Shown piece by piece: positions 12,213 through 23,855 of a stretch of DNA of 64,000 bases. The notes beneath the pieces are model-generated. The model ran no database searches, was not told where the DNA came from, and was given only the letters and a program-made list of their open reading frames with translations. Each line of letters begins with the position of its first letter. The stretch's first letter is position 1. The position numbers and the translations under genes were made by a program. Source of the stretch: Lingula anatina (taxonomy: Eukaryota; Animalia; Brachiopoda); contig CM120642.1 in NCBI GenBank assembly GCA_051362555.1, positions 12,276,001 through 12,340,000 of the forward strand, in the 5' to 3' direction.

Positions 12213-15200
12213 ATGGCCGTAGATGTTCGGCTAGCGTGTGCTCGTGTTGACCGTAAAGAGTTGCCGTTTACAAACGAGCAAGCACATTTAGTGACTCCAG
12301 GAGATGTCATTACTACAGACACGGGTTTTATGCGGTAGGTTGTTGTGTTTAAGAGACACTTTTTACTTAAACCCAATTTCTATTTATCCGAACTGAAAGC
12401 GGCAACGACAACGCCGCTGTTGACAACTATCAGCCTCTCTGGCTCTGTCCAATCCCTATTAACGGTTCGTATCTTTCCAGTGGCCATGGCACTTACATGG
12501 AGGATGAGAAATTACATGCTTCAGTATCAGGAACGGTTGAGAGAGTCAATAAACTCATCTGCGTGAAACCACTCAAGACAAGGTAAGTGATAGGCGGGGA
12601 TGGAAGGAAAATGTTTATAAATTAGTCGACAAATTCATTATCAAGTGATTTCTACAGATGGGCAGCAAGAATTAAAGCTATATTTCCACGCAAACACAAG
12701 TGATTTGCTAGTGGATCACTTATCAAATGTAAATTACATTTAAACACGCGCACCACACTGTTTGAAAATTTTTATTCCCCCCCCCCCCAACCCCTTCCTA
12801 GAACTTTAAAAAGTAAGACAAGTAAAGTAAGTGGGACAAGTAAGTATTGAGACCTACATGTCTCTTACAATAGGTTGTCAAGTCCTCACAGTACTAGGAT
12901 GCTGGTTAGCCAGGAAAATTTTTCCTTTTGTATAATACAGTATATACTGTAACAATTACTTGGTTATTAAACAAATTATTGGTTGAATTAGGGTCCTACG
13001 AAAATACGAAAACCGCGAAAACCGCGAAAACCAGAAGTTGCTCGGCGAAAACCTCACTATAACTTACCAATTCTTGATGTTCTCGACAAATTGCTGTAAT
13101 ATTTGGATAACTTGGACCACATTACATACATCATGACCTTTGATAACGATGTTTCAATGAATTGAGTATGTAACAGCTGAGTTTTCTAGATCGGCAACTA
13201 TAGTGCGTGGGAGCCATGTTTGGTTTACAATTGGCATATATAAACAGCAGTGTCCCCTCAGGCCAGTATTGCCATATCAGGCCAGTATTGCCATCTCAGG
13301 TTAGTAATGCTTTTCCAGGCAAGTAATACTCTCTCAAGTACTATATATGAAGTGGATAACACAGATTACCTGCATTCTTAGTAATGCAAAGTTTATTAAT
13401 AAATAGGAATTAATAAATATGCACAAAGTAGAACTTTTTTTTCATTCCAACCAGAAGTGAAACTACACATCAATGCTTGTAAAAAGTGCCCATTTTAATA
13501 CACCATACATGTAGAGTCTATATTGTATGAGCTGTGAACCTGCATAGAATTTACACTCCTACTTTTCCAAATATAAAATGAGTAGCATTGTTTAATAAAG
13601 TGACCAGCATAGAGCAATTTATAAAGCATGATGAAAATGTAGGTTTTAATTAACATAATTGATAATATTAAATATATATAATAATGGTGAATACAGTTAA
13701 ATTATTTTTATTAAAACATTTTTTCTTCTGAACTTGATCCATGGCCACTGATTTTGTTATTTAATCACATTTATCTTACTCTTTTTGAAAAGATATTCAT
13801 GCACAGCCATTTGTTACACTAATTGTTTTTCACTTAATAAACCAAATCCATTTCTAAAGCATCAATTAATTTATAGATTGTATATATGTGCATCCTGAGG
13901 TGTCTAATACACATTTTACCTTCAAATCAATGTGTTTAATTGTTTTTACATTTGGGTTCTGTGTATGTGCCAGTATACAGAGATAAGCTCTTTTAACTCT
14001 GAAAAAATGTCAATAGTCAGTTAATCATGCATATATATTATACGCACAATAATGGAGAAAAAAAGGAAAAAGGAACACAGATTAAACACATGTACTGGTA
14101 CTCTGATTTGCAGGAGGCATTTTCTCTTGAAAGGAGATATAACAGATTACAACTGCATGATGTTATGTGATTGACATAATAAATAGTTTACTCCTAGACT
14201 AGAGTTTTAGGCAGTGCACATCTAATTTCGTAATTGATATGATATGATTATCTTTCAATTCCATATATCTATTTCATCATTTCTGTGTCTATGCTGTGTT
14301 TTAACACTTCAACTTTTTGTATGGTAAGTTTTTATCAGTTTGAAGCACCCTGCATGTGTTTTGTTGAAGATTGCCAAAAAGCAAATGAAGTTATGTATAT
14401 GAAGATAGTCCATAACATGTTAACACCTTGGTATTTTCCACTATTTGCTGAATATTGGCATGCTGTAATATCAAGGGACTGTTGACAGTTCTTATTTGCC
14501 AGGAAGTTGATCAATAGTAAATAATAGTGTGTGCTTGTATATTTCATTTGTCATATATTTAAAGCATGTAATATACCAAACTTGGGCCAATTTTGGGCCT
14601 TGCTTTGTCTTGGGCTTGCATCCTGCTTGGTATAATAAAAGGAATATGAAATAAAGTGTTAGTTTTCTTGTAAAGGATATTATTACCTCTGCCAAGGAGG
14701 CTATGTTTTCACCCCTGTTTGTTTGTTTGTTTGTCATCATCATCATAACTAAAAAGTTATGGATAAATTTCTATGGCATTTTCAGGGTAGGTCAGAAATG
14801 GGTTAACTTAGAAGTGATTAGTTTTTGGTGGTGATCTGGATCAATAATCAATCAATAATAAAAAATTAAATCATTATAGAATGAAAATTTAGGAGTGAAA
14901 TGGCATTGGATGGACACTCTGTTGCCTTAGTGGAGGTCTGCGGTCTCTTAGTGCTTTTCTAGTTGCCATTATTAATAAACTATTGTGTACACTTTGTACT
15001 TTAAAAGTATTATAAGTTCTCAACCAATGCATTTCTCAATGGTGTATAATATATTGGGAAAGGAAGGTAACATTTTTGAAACTGATCATTAGTCCACTTT
15101 TCTGAATGTGGCCTATATTTGTAAAATTGTCAGCTCTCTACCGTATTATTCTCCTCTAAAACTTTATTCCTTTAAATATCTGGCCAAATAAGAATTATGC

Positions 15201-16477
15201 TTTGGCAATAGCATATAGCTCCCATATGATATGAACTACTTTTGAAAGGGGACATTATTCTAGGTCAAAAACAAATGTTGCTTTAGTTCTAAATGCTTTA
15301 GCCATCATAAATGGGTTTAAACCCTGATAAAACTATGATCAATACTTAAGACAAATTATTAATCTACATATATAAGGTCATAGATTGTGTTGCACTTTAC
15401 AGAGCACTCATACGTATTCATATGTAACATGTTCTAAGGCCAAAATAAAAAAAAAAAACTTCAGACAAATGCATTGAACGATTTGGATGTGTTTATTCTC
15501 AGAACTCGCTAGTCTGAAATGCAGACTGCATACACAGCACAAATTGCGTTTTCTTAAAAGAATTTTTGTATCTTTCTGATTACCATTGGGATTTACTACC
15601 TACTGAATTCATGTCATTGTTTATATGTTATGATTGGATCAGTCCAATAAGTATTGTGGTTAGGAGGGTTAAGTTGACAATGGCTAACTGTTATCCGCAG
15701 GTGTAAGAAAAATGACTGAATTGCATATATTAAATTTGGTGTGGTAAAATGGTTCAAATTTGGTGAAGACCTGGGATTTCTTTCACACAAACAAGTTAAC
15801 AAGCTAACAAACAGAAAAGTATTTTTTGAGACACACGTTATAAATACTTATTTCATCGAGTTAAAGATGCATCTAAAAATGCATATTCATCATATATTCT
15901 AATATCATAAAACAGCCAGAAGGCCAAGCACACAGTTGGGTAGAATTCTTAAAGGAAAAAAACATACAGTCTGTGTATTCTGGAAATTCAACACCTATGG
16001 GATCTTTAATTAACTGATGGTCATTATGATTGCATACTTTTCACAAACAAATGCACCCTTGGATTTTAATTAAAATCAATTAATTAGATTCTGTTTATTT
16101 TAAGTGCTCTCTGACCTTTATTTTGATGAATTAACACAATCTATATACATCCATTTGAAAGAAACAAAAAATTGAAAAATTAAGTGATATACAACATAAT
16201 CCCCATCAATTTTTATTTATCTACTTTAACTAATACTGTTTATTGTAACTGCTCTCTTACTTTTTTTAACGAATTAACACAATATTAAATATATACATCC
16301 ATTTGAAAGAAACAAAAAATCGAAAAATGAAGTGATATACAACATAATAACCATCGATTTTTATTTATCTCCTCTAGGTTTTCATGCATTTTTATGCAAT
16401 AATACATAATCCTTAACAGCATTACCACCAACAATTTTATGGATAACTAATATGGGTTTCATGCCCATATTGAAAAT

Positions 16478-16511
<34 letters not shown>

Positions 16512-19500
16512 GAATGAAATTCCACCCTAAACTGCATAACTTTCAGACAAAAAATAATAAATAAATAAATAAATAAATAAATAATAATGAGGTACAAGAT
16601 AGAAAATATCAATGCTGATGCAATAATACATTTTGCTCGACAGCAGAGTCAGCAACAAATATCACATGGATTCAGGCCCATTAATTCAAATTCTCAGCTC
16701 TGTCTGAAAATGACAAAATGTGTAAAAAATTCACCAAGAAATTGCAAAAATTCATGGAAAATAAATAGCAGTGAACTTAAATTTGTTGACACTGACAGCT
16801 AGATGGACTTAATTAGTGACAGCTAAGACTGCAGCTGTAACTAGTTAAGTCTTGATAATTTCTTGATCATTATTGATTTAGCACTTACCTGAGGGCACAG
16901 AGCCACAGAAGCATACCATTAATGACAACCAGATCCTAATGAGTGTAATGTCAAATGAACCTACAAGTTCTTTGATAAAACTGTTATTAATATAAAATAT
17001 ACTACAATCCATGCATTAAAAATAAAAAGCACGCAAGTCCACGGGTCAGTATTAACAATACACTGTAGTTGTCTCAGAATAAGACTTTAGTCCCTTTTCT
17101 TAAAAAATAAATTGCCAGTGCACAAATTGACTAAATATGTATTGATAACTGTTTTGGTAAAATGGAATTTGGTATGTAGAGAGCCTTTATTTTAACATGA
17201 TTTGAACAAACAAAAACAACTTTTTTATGATGAAAAACATTTAATGATTCAATATTTCTTTTATTAAGTTTAATGCAAATGTTCTTACAACTTCATGTAC
17301 AGTTAGAAGGAATTTTTCTCATGCACAAATAACACATTTACAAATAAAGCATTAATTAAAGTTGGTACAATGTTGTAAATGTTACTTGATAAATGTTTGT
17401 TAGTTTCTTATATGTATGTATTAAGTAAGCTGAAAATATTGTGCTTTTATCCACATTCATATGACTGAGAGAGCATTACTGGCATGAGATGGCAATACTG
17501 GCCTGAGATGGCAATACTGGCCTGAGGGGACACTGCTGTTTATATATGCCAATTGTAAACCAAACATGGCTCCCACGCACTATTAGTTGCCGATCTAGAA
17601 AACTCAGCTGTTACATACTCAGTTCATTACAACATCGTTATCAAAGGTCATGATGTATGTAATGTGGTCCAAGTTATCCAAATATTACAGCAACTTGTCA
17701 AGAACATCAAGAATTGGTAAGTTATAGTGAGGTTTTCGCCCAGCAACTTCTGGTTTTCGCGGTTTTCGCGGTTTTCGTATTTTCGTAGGACCGGTTGAAT
17801 TATAATAGCAACGAATTTTAAACATACCTTGCCTTTTAAGAATACATAATCTACAGGTAGTACAACTCTTTTACTTGCTGATATAAGACTATATTAAAGT
17901 ATGAGATCTATATTTCACAATAAAAACATTGTGAACAACTCATAGAAATATAATATATTCTGTTTTACCACAAAAATGGCAGTTATAGCTATTATTCTGA
18001 TATCTGAGCTTTTCTTTAGACCACGTGACCTCCACTGATGGCTATACTCAGTTAAAATCTGTTAAGAGATTATAACAAAAAAAAAAAAAACAAGCTTTTT
18101 AGAAAAAGAACAAGGACTAACTTTGAATGTAAAAATGGATTCATTGACCATTGGTAAGTATGACAAAATTGTTGTTTACTCGAGGAAAATTCATTTTTTG
18201 GCCAAAACGAAGAGATATTATCCCTTTAAGTTGTATACATAAAAACATGTTTCATACAAAAGCAACATAATCTTTCTCATTTAGGTACAATGGAGAGGTG
18301 GGAGATGTGGTTGTTGCTCGGGTGATAGAAGTTGGGCAGAGGCGCTGGAAGGTGGACACCAACTCCAGACTGGACTCTGTCCTCATGTTGTCATCAGTTA
18401 ACTTGCCTGGAGGAGAGCTGGTCAGTTTGATGAGTGTGATAGCAATAAGTTTACACAGCAGAATTTATGGTGATAAAGAACAGAGTCAGTGTAGCTAGTA
18501 TATATGACAGTGACGGGTTGCATTTCTTTGTTTGTTTTTGAGTTTATGAATTCTTTACCTTTTAGAAACATGGTGTTGGGAATATTAAATTTTGTACTAA
18601 CACAGATAAGATGCTGACTTTAACAATGTAACTGTTTTTCACCATAAGAATGAATACTGCGCATCACTGCATGCATGTATTTGAAAATGAAAATATTGAC
18701 AGTTAAATCAGTTATAAACATATTTACATTACAGAGTCTAGTGAAGTGGTTCTCGCTTGTACTTTTTTATTTGTCATACATGTACTGTAGATGTCAGTTT
18801 TATGCACTTCACAGTCATATTGGGTACTGAAGACAGGATCTAGTTCTCCAACTTTAATGTATTACTGTAGGATAATTGGACATATTTTGTATTTCAGAGG
18901 AGGCGTTCAGAAGAAGATGAGAGAATGATGAGGGACTACTTACAGGAAGGGGATCTCATTAGTGTATCCTTGTCACTGTTTACTGTTTGAATACTTTGTT
19001 GATGAGCTTGAGCAACTAGGCTGAAAATCGTTTCTTATGCATGCTCTGTAACAGAGTTGTAAAGTATGGGGATATATATTTAGTTCTTATGTACTTTGAA
19101 AAAACTTGAAAGTGTTTAATATATATATTTATTTCTTTTGTTTTCTGTGTTCTTATGTTATTTTGTCCCCTTGACTGGTTCTCTCAGGCTGAGGTGCAAT
19201 CTGTGTTCTCAGATGGTTCTTTGTCTCTACACACAAGGAGTTTGAAATATGGAAAGGTAAGGTGGTGTCTCACGAAATATATTGCTTTTAAAAAAGTTGC
19301 AGTTTCATTTCTGAAATACTGGAATTAATTTTTGAGGTATTTATTTGGGAAGAGTCGCAAAAAGAAGTAAGGGCTGAACAGTCGTAATTGGTTATGGTCT
19401 GGTTGAGTGGAGCATGCTTGATATGACCCATCTTTGTATACCTCACAATCATTCAGATTTACCAGTATTATCACATGATGACAAGGGACTACGAAGGGAT

Positions 19501-20649
19501 TAGATTTACTGTGTATCTTTGGTCAGTATATGTATAATCAGACCTCTAATAGTATTGAAAAATGTCAGCATAATTTCACTGGAGTTATGTATTCCTTTAC
19601 AAATGTATGATAAATATTTCAAAGACATTGTAAAAGAGATATGTCCCCATTTTAGCTCGGCCAGGGTATACTTCTGAAAGTGTCCCCATCCTTAGTAAAG
19701 AGGAGAAAGACCCACTTCCACAACCTTCCTTGTGGGGCCAGTATTATCCTAGGCAACAATGGCTATGTTTGGATAGCTCCCATCCTCAACGAGGACACTG
19801 AAAACACAGGAGGATTTATACAGAACTTGGAGGTGTGGTTTAACCTGTATGATGTTTTACCAATTGTAATTTGTAATGTAAATCATTAAAATTATTTGCT
19901 ATAATTGTGTTATTTGTAGTGATCAGCATTGAACATAATTATTACTATTATTATTATTGTTATTATTATTATACAGTTCTTTAAAGGATAGTTATGGATA
20001 TGTAAATATACAGGAGAATGATGCTTAAACCTTGAGTCAAATAATACAAAAATAGCTTTTAAGAAAGGTCTTTACCCATAATTCCAGCCAGTGGCAGCAG
20101 TGGACAGAGAAGCCATGGCCAGACTGAGGAACTGTGTGTTAGCCCTGGCAGAGCACAAGATGATGCTGTTTGACACTAGTGTGCTGTATGCCTATGAGGA
20201 GTCCACTAAGTATACTGTGAGTATAGTCAACAAGACCAGCAGAAACTTCAAATAAAAATGTGTCTTGGGCTTCAAACTGAAAATTAGTTAGTTTCCATCA
20301 GGGATAAATCATTTAAGTACAATAGTAAACTGTGATAAAGCGAAATTTGTCTCATTTATACACATCTTACTTTTTTGTCATAAATATCTAGTTTTCTTAT
20401 TCAATCGCCATATCAACAATTTTTCTTTTTTTTATGCACCCTCATTGTGACTCTACCCAGGGCTTAATTGTTTTTACGTAGTGTTATAACTTTTGCCAAA
20501 TGTCAAGTTGAACAAAGTAATTAATCTGATAACATTAGATTAATGCAGACCCTGTATGATGATACTTTCAGGTCAAAGACTTACTAAAACCAGAAATCAT
20601 GGATGAAGTCGTTGAGCTGACAAGACAGAGACTTGAAGCAGAAGGATAG
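12213..20649 (+). CDS. EXOSC2: Exosome complex component RRP4 (EXOSC2), 292 aa, 8 exons
   Basis: Exons 12213-12334, 12481-12582, 18285-18420, 18898-18963, 19188-19256, 19656-19832, 20088-20216 and 20572-20649 give 879 nt. Hallmark peptides include VTPGDVITTDTGFMRGHGTY, RYNGEVGDVVVARV, LPGGELRRRSEEDE, LHTRSLKYGKL and IILGNNGYVWI. Confidence 0.97.
14681..14964 (+). mobile_element. Helentron-associated non-autonomous element (HINE/DINE-like) nested in the long-TIR element
   Basis: The 5' end reads tattacctctgccaaggaggctatgttttc, followed by a (GTTT)n microsatellite. A subterminal inverted copy ccttagtggaggt lies at 14925-14937, followed by a short 3' hairpin-like segment and the ctagtt terminus. 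Confidence 0.75.
16125..16372. repeat. ~110-bp imperfect direct repeat, 2 copies
   Basis: gaattaacacaat...atatacatccatttgaaagaaacaaaaaat...aagtgatatacaacataat...tttttatttatc occurs at ~16128 and ~16271. Confidence 0.85.
17925..18235 (+). mobile_element. Internal fragment of the Helentron family found at 53775-58341
   Basis: Aligns by eye to ~54510-54725 (tgttttaccacaaaaa.ggcagt.atagctattattctgatatctga...agacca.gtgacctcca). Confidence 0.7.
18964..19187 (+). other. U12-type (minor spliceosome) GT-AG intron of EXOSC2
   Basis: The 5' splice site is GTATCCTTG. A branch-point-like CCCCTTGAC at 19167-19175 lies 12 nt before the 3' splice site, with no long pyrimidine tract. Confidence 0.9.
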
Positions 20650-21147
20650 ACATTTTGGAGCACCAGGGTGTGGTGCAAGGATGTCAGTACTATGCAATAT
20701 AAGTGCTGAGCAATGAAGTGAATGCTGTGAAAGAGATTACTCTAAATAGTTGGTGGGAGAAGTGTCTCTCTGGAGTCACAGTGAGATAGCTGTGGTAATG
20801 TAAGAATTTTCTTCAGAGCAGGATGTCCTCAAGGTCAGAGAGGACTCACAGAAGACAATGTGGACTGCACTTCAGAGTTAGTCGAAGGAAAATATTATAA
20901 TGGTGGCAATACTGACCCAGCAAACCTGTGCATACTAAGCTATGTGGAAAAAAAAAAAGCATTGTCATTCAGATGAAAAATGAATTTTAGACTGTTTTAC
21001 GTCTATGTGATGAAGTATTTCAGCAGCTGAAAGATGGCTTGCCACACCTATATCTCAACATAAGTGTGTGGCAATCCATCCAGTCACTGTAAGTATTGGA
21101 AAGACACGTTGGGGGCAAGGGGGGGGGGGGGGTCTGCTTGTATTTAT

Positions 21148-21680
21148 AAACAAGGCAGCAAAGCTGTCAAATGTACAGACAAAAAACAGAAAATATAGAT
21201 GCAAAATAGGTCATTTTGTCAATTTTGATGATAAATAATGCTTATAATGCACAGTCAGTCAACACTGAATTTTAATCATGCACAACAGGTAACATGATCA
21301 ATAACAGGAGGGGATCCAGAAATATTTTTTAACAGTATTCCAAAGTATCTTTGTTGATCCATCCTCCATTTTGATGGTCTTCCAACAGAAAAAAAAAATA
21401 GATACCTGTCAATATAAACTTTAAAATCTGTCTTCCGGAAGACCCAGAGGATGGTCTCAATCCACCCCTTCAAAATGTTTCAGGACCATGAGAGTTCAAA
21501 CTACATGATGAAAGTCCCAATATTTGCAATATGATGACAGTGCATAAAATAATATTACATAATGTTTTAAGACATAAATACCAATACACTAAATCGCTTA
21601 TGTGGAAATACAGAAAATGTGCAGAGCCTAAGGCGGATGGGAGTTTTGGAGAGATTTTGCAGCCATTTTTATGAAGTGCC
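21148..21680 (-). mobile_element. Truncated copy of the Helentron family (terminal part)
   Basis: aaacaaggcagcaaagctgtcaaatgtacagacaaaaaacagaaaa is identical to 53775 onward. ~21470-21650 aligns to ~54880-55045. Confidence 0.8.
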
Positions 21681-23855
21681 TGTTGATTCAACTTGCAGTT
21701 GGTAAAGTGGAACATGGATAAAAATGCTGTCAAGTGTATATAATTGTAAATAATAATTATAATAAAAGACAACTTAAGTATAATGTGTATACATATATTT
21801 ATTGATCATTCTAAAAAATCATTTCTCTAAATACATTCACATTCCATTTACACTGATGTTAGCCAGTTTCACGAGTAGTTGTCGTAAATGTATCCCATGA
21901 AATTTGAGTATTGCACTATATGGAGGCAGTGGCATAAAATAACCTGTCATCTGATGAAATACTCATGATTACTATGACTATTCTAATTGCCTCTGAATGT
22001 GAACCTTTTAGTCTTACTATTATAAAAAATTGGTCTCACTGTGATATGCCAAGTCTAGGTCATCAGCACTATAAAAACACTTGTATATTTTATATAATTT
22101 GCCCAGACAACAGTTACTGTAACACCATATAGAAATTATATCTGAATACTAATATGGTACCATTTATATCTATCTGGCACCTGCATAATGGAAAATTTTG
22201 TTGGAAAATAATAGAAATATTTCATTTTGCATTAAGGAAATTCTCACTTTTAACAGCGAGGTATTCTTAGATTCTGCTAAAGAATCAAATTTTGAAACGA
22301 AAATAAAGCATTTTGACATAAAACTACAGAGAGGAAAAATATCACTTGTTTTATAAAGAAACTGCTTAAATAACAATAATGCATGCATGTATTTACAAAA
22401 TAAAATGATTTAATGTCACAAGTTTTGCTCTCCATATCAAATTTGTTGACTACACATTGTATTACAATCCTTGAATGCACATAACGATTAACCTGTTGGC
22501 AGGATAATTTTCAGGAATGTAAAAAAACATATTTTGCCTTTTAGGTAATCTATGAAATATTGACCACTAGAGAGAGGTACTTTAATCTCTTCCATCATTT
22601 TCTTTGCAATATGAACTGAATGTCCCCCAAAAATGTGTTGACAGTGACCTATATGTCACAACGCCTGGTGCCACATCACCCTGACCTACACTCTAAGATT
22701 CCACACAAAGTTAATATTGAAACTGCTAAAATCCCAATGGGCAGAAGTTGTGTCAGATGTAAAAGATCTCATTTTAAACTGCATCAATTACAGCATAACC
22801 GACTCCAGAAGCTCATATGCATATTGCCATTATTTGTGATATATATCATGTATGGACAATGTGTGGAGGTACGTTTATAATACCCCCTTACTAGTAATCT
22901 TTCCTGTAGAAAGGATACTAAAATAAGAATTTTCCTATTTCTAGATATGTCATTATGCATTTGAAATCGTTCTTTTGATATTTATAACTTGGTGTGTCTG
23001 CACAATTTCGACCTCAAACAAAAGATACACAAATGCAAGTTATGTGTCAATCTCAAAGTTAACATGAATCTATACATGATGTGGTATATTTTCTAGAAAA
23101 CTGCATATCTGCTTGTTAATTTTCATAGACAGAAAAACATCACAACCGCACATGTATATAGCACATACTCATAAGTACAGTAAGTACAAATGGGCAAGCC
23201 AATCATCAAAAATATGCAACACCCTAAGATTTTTAAATATTAAATAACCAGAGCATATTGAAACTAGATATAAATGAACTCAATGCGAAAGCATAGCATC
23301 TGATCACATCTTGATCATCTGCACCTCAGTGTCTGACTAGATCAGAAACCCATATTGAGCACATAGGACTCTTAGGGAAATATGTATTGTTATGACAATG
23401 TTAAAATATAACAGCCAATGTCTACTCTACAAGATCTAAATATATATAAAGAAAGGATGAAACAGAAATGGATAACAGGAAATAAAAAAAAGTTGAGTTT
23501 TGATTGATGAACTAAAATGTGGAATTCCATCAGATATTTTCATTATTTCTAGACTCAAAAATGTGTGTTACATCAGTCCTGGCTCACTGTGACATACTAA
23601 GTATATCTCCAGACACCTGACCACAGCTCTGTGACTGACAGTCAATACATCTTCCTATAAATAAGAATAACACAACCATTACTGGCACCAAAAAGAAGGA
23701 GGGGGCCATTTCAATGACAGCAGAGACAGTGTTTCTCCACTCTATGCCACTCCAACTCTGATCAGAAGACTGGCCTAATTCCCCCCCTCCCCCTTCCTAC
23801 TCCCTCCACTTTAAATGATCACTATATTGCACGAGCTCCCCAGGGCAAACCAATC

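Larger units (their letters stand above)
12991..17792. mobile_element. 4.8-kb non-autonomous DNA transposon with ~320-bp TIRs (MULE/Mutator or Foldback-like) in EXOSC2 intron 2
   Basis: The left TIR (~12992-13310, ggtcctacgaaaatacgaaaaccgcgaaaaccgcg...) is the near-identical reverse complement of ~17468-17792. It is flanked by the direct repeat GGTTGAATTA (12981-12990 and 17793-17802; 9-10-bp TSD). The TIRs contain 9-bp and 19-bp subrepeats. No transposase ORF. Confidence 0.9.

Noticed and set aside
19470-19545. Possible intronic C/D snoRNA (ATGATGA box C)
   Set aside because: No suitably placed CTGA box D or terminal stem.
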